Shown here piece after piece: positions 1 to 8,346 of a DNA stretch of 24,000 bases (positions are counted from its first letter, which is position 1; the number at the start of each line of letters is the position of its first letter). Both the position numbers and the translations under genes were made by a program. Origin of the DNA: Vibrio phage VspSw_1; the sequence record MH925094.1. One strand, given 5' to 3'. The notes below the pieces were generated by a model, which saw only the letters and a list, made by a program, of their open reading frames with translations, ran no database searches and was not told where the DNA came from.

Positions 1-1433
1 GTCGAGTAGAGCACTTAGGTAAACACTCACTATACAAACGAATTGATTCGGCTGTTAAGGCGTTGACGCAGCAAACCCGTGGTGGTTCAGCAACCGTATC
101 TTACAAGTGTATTGACCCAGAGATTCAGAAACTCCTTCAATGGAAAACACAGAAGGTGGACATTGAGGAACGTATTGATAAACTGGACTATAGCTTCTGT
201 ATTAATGATGCGTTCATGGAAGCTGTAATAGCTAAGCGAGAGTGGAAGCTATACGACCTACTAGAAGCACCTAAGATGCACGAGCTTTTCTTCTCAAAAG
301 AGAAAATAACTCTAGCAGAGTGGGAAGCAGAAGGGTCTAAGTATAAGAGCGCAGGCTCAGTAGATGCCTTGTCTCTACTTAAGCAGTTCCTAACAGCACG
401 CCAAGAGACTGGACGTGTATACTGTTTTAATGCTTCACGAGCTAACTCACATACGCCTTTTGAAGACCCTATTCGTCTATCAAACCTATGTCAAGAAATC
501 TTCCTACCTACTAAACCGTATGTAGATATGCTAGATTTATACGTAGGTGACGAGAACGGTGATTCTATCGGTGAGACAGCATTCTGTAGCTTATCGGCAA
601 TCAACTATGCTAACGTTGAAGAACACGAAATCGAACATATCGTGGAAGTAGCTCTACGAACCGTAGATAGCATGATTGAAAAAGCACCTGGCCTTACTGA
701 GCCTATGAAGAAGCAGATGTTGAAGCGTCGTTCCGTAGGTATCGGTATCACCGGCCTAGCACAGTTCCTGTATAAGAATGGCCTAGACTATGACGGCTCC
801 CCAGAGTCTCTGGAGGCTGTGTCTCGTTTAGCAGAGCAGCACATGTTCTTCCTATATAAAGCATCTATCAAGATGGCTAAAGAGGCAGGAGAGTCTGTAA
901 CAGGAATTACTGATTGGCTGCCTATCGACACACGAGTCAATAAGAAGTACGAGCCTATCATGTCATGGGAGTCTATTCGTGGTCTTCCTCGCAGACACTC
1001 AGTGCTAGTAGCACACATGCCTACAGAATCTAGTGCTGTGTTTAGCGGTGCGTCAAACGGCCTATACCCTCCTCGTGAGCGTGTAATCTACAAGAAAGCA
1101 CGAACAGGTAACGTACAGTTCATTGTTGACCAAGAGAACTTCTTGACAGCTTGGGAAGTACCTAACACTCGCCATATGCAATACTACAGCCGAGTGCAGG
1201 ACTGGACAGACCAAGGTATCTCAGCGGATACTTACGTAGTTCCGGAAAATTACCCTAACGGTAAGGTTCCTATGTCAGAGTTAATTAAGCAAATCATTTA
1301 CTTCTGGAAGTCAGGAACCAAATCCTTGTACTACCAGAACACTAAAGACAAAACATCAAAAACAGCACAAGATGCTATAGCGGCAGCCAATGCCGAAGTA
1401 GACGAAGGCTGTGAAGGAGGTTGTAAACTGTAA
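1..1433 (+). CDS. nrdA: Ribonucleoside-diphosphate reductase alpha subunit, C-terminal part (5' truncated by window)
   Basis: Open frame continuous from base 3; motifs PIRLSNLCQEI, GIGITGLAQFLYKNG and C-terminal GCEGGCKL; followed by nrdB. Confidence 0.95.
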   Translation, partial: RVEHLGKHSLYKRIDSAVKALTQQTRGGSATVSYKCIDPEIQKLLQWKTQKVDIEERIDKLDYSFCINDAFMEAVIAKREWKLYDLLEAPKMHELFFSKEKITLAEWEAEGSKYKSAGSVDALSLLKQFLTARQETGRVYCFNASRANSHTPFEDPIRLSNLCQEIFLPTKPYVDMLDLYVGDENGDSIGETAFCSLSAINYANVEEHEIEHIVEVALRTVDSMIEKAPGLTEPMKKQMLKRRSVGIGITGLAQFLYKNGLDYDGSPESLEAVSRLAEQHMFFLYKASIKMAKEAGESVTGITDWLPIDTRVNKKYEPIMSWESIRGLPRRHSVLVAHMPTESSAVFSGASNGLYPPRERVIYKKARTGNVQFIVDQENFLTAWEVPNTRHMQYYSRVQDWTDQGISADTYVVPENYPNGKVPMSELIKQIIYFWKSGTKSLYYQNTKDKTSKTAQDAIAAANAEVDEGCEGGCKL

Positions 1434-1609
1434 TGTGCTTCCCCACATATACTCCGTATATTCCAGAACACAAAGAAGTATACCTGGCAGCTCGCGCTGC
1501 CGGGCTTACTAAGTTAGATGCAGGAAAGTTGCTAAAGAGCACTTTCGGTCTTACCTCTTTCCTAGACGCTAAACGTTTAGTACATATTATTGAAGGAGAA
1601 CTAAGTTGA
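1433..1609 (+). CDS. Small 58-aa protein between nrdA and nrdB
   Basis: ATG overlaps nrdA stop (TAATG); MCFPTYTPYIPEHKEVYLAARAAGLTKLDAGKLLKSTFGLTSFLDAKRLVHIIEGELS, stop overlaps nrdB start. Confidence 0.65.
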   Translation: MCFPTYTPYIPEHKEVYLAARAAGLTKLDAGKLLKSTFGLTSFLDAKRLVHIIEGELS

Positions 1610-2694
1610 GTAAGTTCAACCCTAACAACACAGGCTATAAAAAGCAAAAATACAAACTCTTCCTAGACGAACAAATGGGCTTACCGGATACTGTAAACGT
1701 AACCTACCCAAAACTAGAGGAGTTGTATCAAGACCAGGTAGCTCAAATCTGGAATGAGTTTGAGGTTAGCCTAACCCAAGACCGTATGGACATGCAAAAG
1801 GCACCGCTAGGGCTAGTACGACCTATGCAACGCACGATTAGTTGGCAAATGCTAGCCGACGCAGTAGCGGCTCGTTCCATCGGAGCACTATTACTTAAAC
1901 ACGTGACGAACCCAGAGCTAGAAAACCTAATTAATCTTTGGGCGTTCTTTGAGACTATCCATAACCGAACATACGCACATATCGTAAAGCAAACTTTCCA
2001 AGACCCAACGGAAATGATGCAGGAAACTTACGAGAATGCGCAGGTAATTATGCGTTCTCAAAACATCGTGAAAGCATTCGATGCTTTAGAAGACCTGCCG
2101 AAAGACGCTAGTGAGAGAGAAGTGAAACGTGCGCTTCTACGTGCGTTAGTAGCATTGTTTGCCTTGGAAGCTATTTCTTTCATGGGTTCCTTTGCTGTTA
2201 CCTTCGCGATTACGGAAGCCAAAGTCTTCCAAGGTATTGGGCAGCTAGTAACTCTTATCTGTCGTGATGAGCAACTACATACACGATTCGATTACGAGAT
2301 TCTGAACATCCTCCTTTACAAAGAGGGCTGGGCGGCAGAAGCAGCTCTTATGACAGAAGAGCTAAAAGCAATCCTGGATGAAGTAGTTCAGCAAGAACTA
2401 GATTGGGCATCTTATATCTTCGAAGAGGATAACATGGTAGGGCTTAATGAGAAGCTACTACAGTCTTATATCCTGTACATGGCCCGTCCTGTATATGAAG
2501 CACTAGGAATCCCATTTGACTTTGAAGTTATCAAAGAAAACCCACTACCGTACATGACCAAGTACATTGACTCTAGTAAGATGCAGGCAGCAGCTCAGGA
2601 AATCCAAATCACGTCCTACCAAATCGGGGCAATTTCGGATGACAGTGACGACCTTGACTTCGGCGATATGGACTTCGACGCTGATTTCGAATAA
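1606..2694 (+). CDS. nrdB: Ribonucleoside-diphosphate reductase beta subunit
   Basis: 362 aa, TTG start after GAAGGAGAA; class I beta motifs (NLWAFFETIHNRTYAHI, LICRDEQLHTRF). Confidence 0.95.
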   Translation: MSKFNPNNTGYKKQKYKLFLDEQMGLPDTVNVTYPKLEELYQDQVAQIWNEFEVSLTQDRMDMQKAPLGLVRPMQRTISWQMLADAVAARSIGALLLKHVTNPELENLINLWAFFETIHNRTYAHIVKQTFQDPTEMMQETYENAQVIMRSQNIVKAFDALEDLPKDASEREVKRALLRALVALFALEAISFMGSFAVTFAITEAKVFQGIGQLVTLICRDEQLHTRFDYEILNILLYKEGWAAEAALMTEELKAILDEVVQQELDWASYIFEEDNMVGLNEKLLQSYILYMARPVYEALGIPFDFEVIKENPLPYMTKYIDSSKMQAAAQEIQITSYQIGAISDDSDDLDFGDMDFDADFE

Positions 2695-2700
2695 TTACAA

Positions 2701-2730
2701 TAGCCAATTCAACTTGAATTGGCTTATAAT
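2701..2730 (+). promoter_or_regulatory. Promoter TAGCCA-N18-TATAAT with palindromic spacer
   Basis: TAGCCA 2701-2706, TATAAT 2725-2730; 11-bp inverted repeat 2702-2712/2714-2724 fills the spacer. Confidence 0.75.
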
Positions 2731-2756
2731 ATATTTTTAATTGATGGAGAAACCCT

Positions 2757-2930
2757 ATGGACAAAGTACTTGACCTACGAGAAGTTGATTTAGCTAGCCT
2801 AACTAAACAACAAATTTGTTCCCGTATTCATCTAATCCAAGATGAGCAGCGACGTCTAGAGAAAGAGCATAGAAATCTTGTCCGTATGGAGGCCGCACTA
2901 ACTCAGGAACTATATGACCGCAATGATTAA
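2757..2930 (+). CDS. Hypothetical small protein (57 aa)
   Basis: ATG after GATGGAGAAA; MDKVLDLREVDLASLTKQQICSRIHLIQDEQRRLEKEHRNLVRMEAALTQELYDRND. Confidence 0.6.
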   Translation: MDKVLDLREVDLASLTKQQICSRIHLIQDEQRRLEKEHRNLVRMEAALTQELYDRND

Positions 2931-3447
2931 ACTGGCTGTAGCCACAGGAGAACGGGGCGAGTTTGGGTTAAAGGGAGGGCTGCCTTGGGGTAAGCCCCTG
3001 TCCGCAGATATGAAGGAATTTCGTAGGTTTACGGAAGACTGTACACTGCTTATGGGTAGCGCAACATTCGAATCCTTACCCACTAAACTACCTGGTCGAA
3101 AACACGTAGTATTGTCTAGTAGGGAAGTTCAGGCTAAGGACGGCTCAAAACCCGATTTAGTCCTGAACGAAGCAATTACCGAAATGCTACTGCACTCTAT
3201 AGTATTTCTATTCAATAGATGTGTATGTGTTATCGGAGGTGCAAGGGTAGTGGAATCCTGCGCTCCTTTTGCCCAAGAAATACTACATACCTACATAAAG
3301 CCTTTAGGCATCCATGCAATGAACGCTGATGTCTATGTAGACACATCGAAGCTGTATTACCACCCAACTAGGCAGTTAGAAGTAATATCCGCAGGTTGTG
3401 AAGGAGATTACCACTACTGCGTATCCATCCTTAGGAGAGAAAATTGA
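2923..3447 (+). CDS. Dihydrofolate reductase
   Basis: MIKLAVATGERGEFGLKGGLPWGKPLSADMKEFRRFT, ...LPGRKHVVLSSR, CVIGGARV: DHFR motifs; likely start 2923 rather than 2914. Confidence 0.9.
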   Translation: MIKLAVATGERGEFGLKGGLPWGKPLSADMKEFRRFTEDCTLLMGSATFESLPTKLPGRKHVVLSSREVQAKDGSKPDLVLNEAITEMLLHSIVFLFNRCVCVIGGARVVESCAPFAQEILHTYIKPLGIHAMNADVYVDTSKLYYHPTRQLEVISAGCEGDYHYCVSILRREN

Positions 3448-4274
3448 AAGGCACACAAAAACTATTAGAACTTGGTAATAAAATCCTGACGGAAGGTGAG
3501 TGGATTTACAACGAGAGAACTGGCAAGAACTGCCTGACCATCCCCATTCATATAGCTACCTACGATGTAGGTGCGGGCGATTTTCCTATAGACACTACCC
3601 GTAAACAAGCATACCGTGGCCCTATCATGGAGCTGTTAGGGTATGTACGGGGTTTAACAAACGCACAAGATTTTGCGGATATAGGTGCTCCAACATGGTT
3701 CTCTAACGCCAACAAAACAAAGGCTTGGTTAAATAACCCCCACAGGAAGGGGGAGAACGATTGTGGACAAATCTATGGAGCAGTAGCTCAGGCTGACTTT
3801 GTAAAGGTATACAAGAACCTGAAGGCTGGTATCGACGACCGAGGCGAAATTATTACCTTCTGGCGTCCAGAAACTTTTGCAAAAGCCTGTCTACGCCCTT
3901 GTATGCACACCCACAGTTTCCAATTGATAAATGGAACTCTGCATATGACTAGTATCCAGCGAAGCGCAGATGTGCCTATGGCGGGGTCGTGGAACGCTAT
4001 TCAGTGTTACGTACTCCTAGCATTAATGGCACAGATAACTGGACATAAGCCAGGGAAAGTTACGCACATAATTAATAACGCACACATTTACGAAGACCAG
4101 CTAGAGCTGTTTGAAGAACAAATGTGTCGCATTAGTATGTTCTGTAAGCCCAAGCTAATCATCAATCCTGAGATTAAGACTTTGGAAGACTTACAAACTT
4201 GGGTAACTAAGGAAGACTTCACTCTAGAAGGTTACGCATCTCACGAGAGCATAACATACCCGTTCTCAGAATAA
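3444..4274 (+). CDS. thyA: Thymidylate synthase
   Basis: 276 aa, TTG start; LRPCMHTHSFQL catalytic Cys region, SIQRSADVPMAGSWN motif. Confidence 0.93.
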   Translation: MKGTQKLLELGNKILTEGEWIYNERTGKNCLTIPIHIATYDVGAGDFPIDTTRKQAYRGPIMELLGYVRGLTNAQDFADIGAPTWFSNANKTKAWLNNPHRKGENDCGQIYGAVAQADFVKVYKNLKAGIDDRGEIITFWRPETFAKACLRPCMHTHSFQLINGTLHMTSIQRSADVPMAGSWNAIQCYVLLALMAQITGHKPGKVTHIINNAHIYEDQLELFEEQMCRISMFCKPKLIINPEIKTLEDLQTWVTKEDFTLEGYASHESITYPFSE

Positions 4275-4280
4275 TTTTAA

Positions 4281-4309
4281 TTGCTAAAAAGCCCTCAATT
4301 CCGTATAAT
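4281..4309 (+). promoter_or_regulatory. Promoter TTGCTA-N17-TATAAT nested in a hairpin
   Basis: TTGCTA 4281-4286, TATAAT 4304-4309. Confidence 0.8.
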
Positions 4310-4338
4310 ATACTTATATTCTGGAATTGAGGGCTTTT
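4287..4338 (+). terminator. Bidirectional terminator-like hairpin whose loop holds the -10 box
   Basis: AAAAGCCCTCAATTCC 4287-4302 / GGAATTGAGGGCTTTT 4323-4338, perfect 16-bp inverted repeat. Confidence 0.65.
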
Positions 4339-4340
4339 CT

Positions 4341-4592
4341 ATGGCTGAACTAAAAACTATATCTATACATGCTTTGATACTGGAGTATTCTGGTGTTGCG
4401 GAAAAGGAGCCTAGTTATAGACTAGGACAGCATTTCATAAATAGATGTGTAAGGGATGACAAAGACCCCTTACTGGCAGGGTTGTGGGAGGAGACCGACC
4501 CAGAGACAGCCAGCATACAGATTTTGAAGGTGTGCGATGCTTGGCAATGGGATTTACGAAATCTTCCTGTAGAAAGAGATTGGAGCGTATAA
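4341..4592 (+). CDS. Hypothetical protein (MAELKTISIHALILEYSG...)
   Basis: ATG 7-9 nt after GAGGG; stop overlaps the next ATG (TAATG). Confidence 0.7.
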   Translation: MAELKTISIHALILEYSGVAEKEPSYRLGQHFINRCVRDDKDPLLAGLWEETDPETASIQILKVCDAWQWDLRNLPVERDWSV

Positions 4593-5092
4593 TGTATTAT
4601 GTATTTACTGACGGAGGAGCTCGTGGTAACGGTAAGGGTGTCTCCGCTTGGGCAATGGTGGTTTACGACAAGAACGAGGTTCGTGTAGGCTCCAAATCTG
4701 AGGGCTTTGGCTCAAACTTTGGGTATACCAACAACTTCACCGAGCTAACGGCAGTATTGAGAGCGTTAGAGTGGGCTAAGAAAGCCAAAGTTAAAGTGTC
4801 TATCCGCACAGATTCTAATTATGTAAAACAGGGAATCAACGAATGGATGCCGAAGTGGATAAAGAATCACTGGAGAACTTCCGCTAACAAACCAGTTAAA
4901 AACGTAGAGCTATGGAGGCCAATATACCACCTGTATAAAGAGCTAGGGGATATGGTAGAAGTTATTCATGTCCCAGGACACGCAACAGGCAATAGTTTTA
5001 ACGCGGTTGGCAACAGAGCAGCAGACGCATTATGCAACTTAGCTATGGATGAGAAGGAGGCGTATGAGTGGATGTACTCTCAAGAAGATTAA
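4592..5092 (+). CDS. rnhA: Ribonuclease HI
   Basis: YYVFTDGGARGNGKG, ELTAVLRALEWA, IRTDSNYV, VHVPGHATGNSFNAVGNRAADALC: RNase H DEDD residues. Confidence 0.92.
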   Translation: MYYVFTDGGARGNGKGVSAWAMVVYDKNEVRVGSKSEGFGSNFGYTNNFTELTAVLRALEWAKKAKVKVSIRTDSNYVKQGINEWMPKWIKNHWRTSANKPVKNVELWRPIYHLYKELGDMVEVIHVPGHATGNSFNAVGNRAADALCNLAMDEKEAYEWMYSQED

Positions 5093-5825
5093 AGCGGAAT
5101 TACTATACAGGTACCCAGACCTAGTAACTCGTACCGGGCAGTTTACTCGAAGTCCCTCTAAGAAAGACGCCCTCAGGCAAGCTATAAAGGAAATCTTCCC
5201 TGAGGTATGTCCAGGGGTAGAGCTTACGGGGGAGTACTCTAGTATAAAGACTCCATTACAGGTTAGATGCGTTAGTTGCGGTCTCGGCTGGAGAACCTTC
5301 TTAGATAGAAAAATAACATGCCCCTCCTGTGGGACATGTAGAAAATTAACAACAGAAGTAGTTAGGAATAGGCTTAGATCTAGTAATATACGACTCTTAA
5401 CCCCAATACAAGGAGCCAAAGATAGAGGAGTATTTGCATGTTTGCAATGTAATAATGTGTGGAAAACTCAAGTGTCTTCTATAACAAATAACAATACTGG
5501 TTGCCCTTCTTGCTCTAGGGTTAGTAATTATCTATACATGTGGACCTCAACCTGTGGTGTACTAAAAGTAGGAATCACTACACGTAGCAACTTTCTGAGC
5601 AGAGTATCCTCTGTATTAAGAAAACATGAATTAGAGTTAGACGACCTAATTCACTTCTATCTTCCACAGGGAGCCACAGGAACAGAAGCACTCCTACTAT
5701 CTGAACTACGAAAAGACTACGTACCGTATACTAGAAGCACGCAGGACGGGCACACGGAGATGTTTGAGTGCCCAGAGACTCTGTCACAGGTAGTGGCCAA
5801 ATATATTAAAAATTACAGTTGCTAA
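5064..5825 (+). CDS. Zinc-ribbon plus GIY-YIG-like nuclease, possible free-standing homing endonuclease
   Basis: Repeated CxxC (RCVSCGLGW, CPSCGTC, CLQCNNVW, CPSC); C-terminal YLYMWTSTCGVLKVGITTRSNFLSRV... and GTEALLLSELR resembling GIY-YIG motifs; overlaps rnhA 3' end. Confidence 0.6.
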   Translation: MSGCTLKKIKAELLYRYPDLVTRTGQFTRSPSKKDALRQAIKEIFPEVCPGVELTGEYSSIKTPLQVRCVSCGLGWRTFLDRKITCPSCGTCRKLTTEVVRNRLRSSNIRLLTPIQGAKDRGVFACLQCNNVWKTQVSSITNNNTGCPSCSRVSNYLYMWTSTCGVLKVGITTRSNFLSRVSSVLRKHELELDDLIHFYLPQGATGTEALLLSELRKDYVPYTRSTQDGHTEMFECPETLSQVVAKYIKNYSC

Positions 5826-5847
5826 ATAGATACATTTTGCGTATAAT
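5819..5847 (+). promoter_or_regulatory. T5-type promoter TTGCTA-N17-TATAAT
   Basis: TTGCTA 5819-5824, TATAAT 5842-5847, then ATACTTCTAATTTGAAAGGAG. Confidence 0.85.
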
Positions 5848-5873
5848 ATACTTCTAATTTGAAAGGAGATACT

Positions 5874-6011
5874 ATGCGCAATTTTGTAGCTAAGCACGCA
5901 CGCTCCTTTAATAAGGCAGCAGTGCATCGTGACAGAACTAAATACACCCGCAATACTAACTGGATGGACGAATGGCTCGACGATATCGAGCCTCCCAGAG
6001 TTCTAATATAA
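5874..6011 (+). CDS. Hypothetical small protein (45 aa)
   Basis: AAAGGAG RBS; MRNFVAKHARSFNKAAVHRDRTKYTRNTNWMDEWLDDIEPPRVLI. Confidence 0.6.
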   Translation: MRNFVAKHARSFNKAAVHRDRTKYTRNTNWMDEWLDDIEPPRVLI

Positions 6012-6054
6012 GTACTATTATTTATATTAGCATTCTAACAACACAGGAGACCAT

Positions 6055-6720
6055 ATGCTAGCACCTACACTACATCAACACCTAGGATGGATGGCTGACC
6101 TAGAGACTTTGGCTACTGCTAACTCGGCAGTGGTTCCGGAAATCTCGCTAGTAGCTTTCGAAATTGACACTGGTAAAATTGTCCATGAAATGACCCTACA
6201 CCTTTCCGTAGATGAACAGTTGCAAGCAGGTCGAACGGTATCTAGCGGTACTCTAGGTTTCTGGTTAACTCAGACACAAGAAGCCCGCGATAAGTTACTC
6301 CTAGCTATGGACGATTACCAAAACCAAACAATTGGTAAACTTCCGTGGGGGGTAAACGAAGCTCTGACTCATATCAGGGATACGGTACGTATGATTACCT
6401 ATCAATGGGAGATTCAGAATAAACACAAAATAGACCGTGATATTGATGCGTCCGGCCCACGCCCTCTAATTTATGGCAACGGTGCTCGCTTCGATTGCGG
6501 TAAGGTAGCGGATTTGTATGAGAGAGCGAATCGAGAAAACGATTACCCTTGGGGTTACAGTGGCGATCGTGATATTCGTACTTTGCATTCTCTAGCCCCG
6601 TCCTTTAAGGGACAGGAAGAGTTTGAGGGTATCCCGCATTTTGGTTTAGATGACTGTAAGCATCAAATCAAATACACACACAAAATCTACAATGCAATTC
6701 TGGAGGCCTCAGCCCTATAA
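6055..6720 (+). CDS. DnaQ-fold (RNase T/Rv2179c-like) 3'-5' exonuclease
   Basis: MADLETLAT..., PLIYGNGARFDCGKVADLYE, DDCKHQIKYTHKIY motifs of DEDD exonucleases. Confidence 0.75.
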   Translation: MLAPTLHQHLGWMADLETLATANSAVVPEISLVAFEIDTGKIVHEMTLHLSVDEQLQAGRTVSSGTLGFWLTQTQEARDKLLLAMDDYQNQTIGKLPWGVNEALTHIRDTVRMITYQWEIQNKHKIDRDIDASGPRPLIYGNGARFDCGKVADLYERANRENDYPWGYSGDRDIRTLHSLAPSFKGQEEFEGIPHFGLDDCKHQIKYTHKIYNAILEASAL

Positions 6721-6736
6721 AATTGATTTCTTCAGT

Positions 6737-6765
6737 TGCCGAATAGCTCGAATAAACGTATAATA
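6737..6765 (+). promoter_or_regulatory. T5-type promoter TTGCCG-N17-TATAAT
   Basis: Boxes at 6737-6742 and 6760-6765, followed by TTCATAAATTAA. Confidence 0.85.
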
Positions 6766-6800
6766 GTTTCATAAATTAAAAACGACAAAGAGGAAAGATT

Positions 6801-7067
6801 ATGTCTAACACTAATAAAGTAGTAAAAGCACCTGTAGTTGGCGAAACTGTAAAGGTAAACCTATACACCGCGCGAAATGCGAAAGCGCCAACTGATTACA
6901 CGGGTCGCCTACAGCGAAGCCGCTCCTCTTCCATCGAGCGTATCTCAGCGATTTACTCTGATACGGAGAAAGACAAGAAAGGCAACACACTCTACAGCGT
7001 TCTCCTAACTTCTGGAGACCAGGTGTTCATCGCTCGTGGCGATAAAGGCTGGTACGCTGTTCGTTAA
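6801..7067 (+). CDS. Hypothetical protein (88 aa)
   Basis: ATG after AAAGAGGAAAG; downstream of promoter. Confidence 0.7.
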   Translation: MSNTNKVVKAPVVGETVKVNLYTARNAKAPTDYTGRLQRSRSSSIERISAIYSDTEKDKKGNTLYSVLLTSGDQVFIARGDKGWYAVR

Positions 7068-7100
7068 ACCCAGTTAAGGGCGAATAATTAAAAACTTTAT

Positions 7101-7129
7101 TTGCCCAATCTCTTAATTTTTCGTATAAT
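7101..7129 (+). promoter_or_regulatory. T5-type promoter TTGCCC-N17-TATAAT
   Basis: Boxes at 7101-7106 and 7124-7129. Confidence 0.8.
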
Positions 7130-7159
7130 AATATCTCATTCAGAAAACAAGGAAACACC

Positions 7160-7336
7160 ATGCAAAAGATGTCGCGCCGAGGGAAGATGTTCTCTAACCA
7201 TGACTACGCAGCGAAAGTAATGACTACTCGCTTTAAGGGTCTACAAAAAATCCTAACGTTGCTTTCACGAGGAACTTCGGTTTCTAAGTCAGAAGCAGCA
7301 ATCTATCACGCAGCTAACCAAAAGGGGCTATTCTAA
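7160..7336 (+). CDS. Hypothetical small protein (58 aa)
   Basis: MQKMSRRGKMFSNHDYAAKVMTTRFKGLQKILTLLSRGTSVSKSEAAIYHAANQKGLF after AAGGAAA. Confidence 0.6.
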   Translation: MQKMSRRGKMFSNHDYAAKVMTTRFKGLQKILTLLSRGTSVSKSEAAIYHAANQKGLF

Positions 7337-7337
7337 T

Positions 7338-7631
7338 ATGGCATCAGGTCGTAATTCAAAACTTATTCGTACGCTAGCCTTACTAAACTCTAGCGAATCA
7401 GGTCGTATCCTAGAAACTAAAATGGTCTATGGTGGCCTACGCACTACTCAGCGTGACTACGTGCAAAACAAAGGCAAGGAAAACGAGTTCACTATCAGTA
7501 CTCGCACCCTTCAACACGCCGAAGGCACGTATAAGAGCGAAGTTAAGCGTGCAAAAGCACTATACCGAGAAAAGGGTGTAGACGGTCTTATTGAAGCGAT
7601 TGACGGGGCACTTTCCCGCCACGTTGAGTAA
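7338..7631 (+). CDS. Hypothetical protein (97 aa)
   Basis: ATG start just after previous stop; continuous ORF. Confidence 0.65.
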   Translation: MASGRNSKLIRTLALLNSSESGRILETKMVYGGLRTTQRDYVQNKGKENEFTISTRTLQHAEGTYKSEVKRAKALYREKGVDGLIEAIDGALSRHVE

Positions 7632-7639
7632 ATCTTCAA

Positions 7640-7668
7640 TAGCTTTCAAGGCAAAATCTTGATATAAT
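7640..7668 (+). promoter_or_regulatory. Promoter TAGCTT-N17-TATAAT
   Basis: Boxes at 7640-7645 and 7663-7668; AGAAATTGAGGG downstream; upstream of first tRNA. Confidence 0.75.
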
Positions 7669-7708
7669 AATTACAGAAATTGAGGGAAACAACCTCTCAA
7701 TTTCTAAT

Positions 7709-7785
7709 TGAGGTGTAGCTCAGTAGGTCAGAGCTGGGGAATCATAATCCCTGAGTCGGCGGTTCGAGTCCGCCCACCTCAACCA
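7709..7785 (+). tRNA. tRNA with anticodon CAT (Met or Ile2)
   Basis: TGAGGTG/CACCTCA acceptor, GGGGA-ATCATAA-TCCCT, T arm GGCGG-TTCGAGT-CCGCC, encoded CCA. Confidence 0.95.
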
Positions 7786-7803
7786 AATAATTTAAAATTA
7801 CGT

Positions 7804-7832
7804 TTGCCCAATCTCTTTGAGTATTATATAAT
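7804..7832 (+). promoter_or_regulatory. T5-type promoter TTGCCC-N17-TATAAT
   Basis: Boxes at 7804-7809 and 7827-7832; CAAACAAATTGG downstream. Confidence 0.8.
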
Positions 7833-7870
7833 ATTCAAACAAATTGGAAAACAAAGCTAAGGAGCTTATT

Positions 7871-8203
7871 ATGCCATGTAGAAGCTACGAACCAATCGAC
7901 GTAGAACGAGCAGAGAAGCATTCTGCCCAACAAGAAGTACGTCAATTAAAGAATAGTCTAGGTAAAGCCCATACTCATATGGATAACCTAACACGTATGC
8001 TTTGCTATGTAGTTACCAAGGCTATAGAGGAAGATGTCGATACAGATATCCTAAATAACGAAGTGCGGGACTGGTATACAGCACATCGTCAAGCTGACCT
8101 GAACAACATGCGTGAGCTTATGGAGAATGTTGACCTAGACAGTCTTCCGAAAGAAGAATTTGATACAGTTGACCGAATTTTGAGCAAATACCAAAAGAAA
8201 TAA
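7871..8203 (+). CDS. Hypothetical protein (MPCRSYEPIDVERAEKH...)
   Basis: ATG after AAGGAGC. Confidence 0.65.
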   Translation: MPCRSYEPIDVERAEKHSAQQEVRQLKNSLGKAHTHMDNLTRMLCYVVTKAIEEDVDTDILNNEVRDWYTAHRQADLNNMRELMENVDLDSLPKEEFDTVDRILSKYQKK

Positions 8204-8211
8204 AAAATCAT

Positions 8212-8241
8212 TAGCTCAACAGTCGAAAAGTTTGATATAAT
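8212..8241 (+). promoter_or_regulatory. Promoter TAGCTC-N18-TATAAT
   Basis: TATAAT 8236-8241 then CAAACAAATTGAGAAAAG. Confidence 0.65.
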
Positions 8242-8268
8242 AATCAAACAAATTGAGAAAAGAATAGA

Positions 8269-8346
8269 AGCGGTTTTAGTCACGGCTGGTGCTGTTCCTG
8301 GGCTCATATCCCAGGCTGAGGGGTTCGATTCCTCACTCCGCAACCA
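8269..8346 (+). tRNA. tRNA CAT, initiator-like (fMet)
   Basis: Anticodon stem CTGGG-CTCATAT-CCCAG with three consecutive G:C pairs, 3' end CCGCAACCA with non-Watson-Crick 1:72 option; acceptor partly mismatched. Confidence 0.7.

Noticed and set aside
788-1647. Minus-strand ORFs 788-1018 and 1375-1647
   Set aside because: Antisense to nrdA and the nrdA-nrdB junction, which is strongly coding on the + strand.
1-4274. Possible intron or intein in nrdA/nrdB/thyA, as seen in some phages
   Set aside because: Within the visible sequence the conserved protein motifs are in uninterrupted frames; no intron-like insertion detected.
5039-5419. Minus-strand ORF opposite the GIY-YIG-like gene
   Set aside because: Antisense to a better supported + ORF with Zn motifs.
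8269-8346. Assigning this CAT tRNA as elongator Met or Ile2
   Set aside because: Three consecutive G:C pairs in the anticodon stem and a CCGCAACCA end resemble initiator tRNA, although the partly mismatched acceptor leaves uncertainty.
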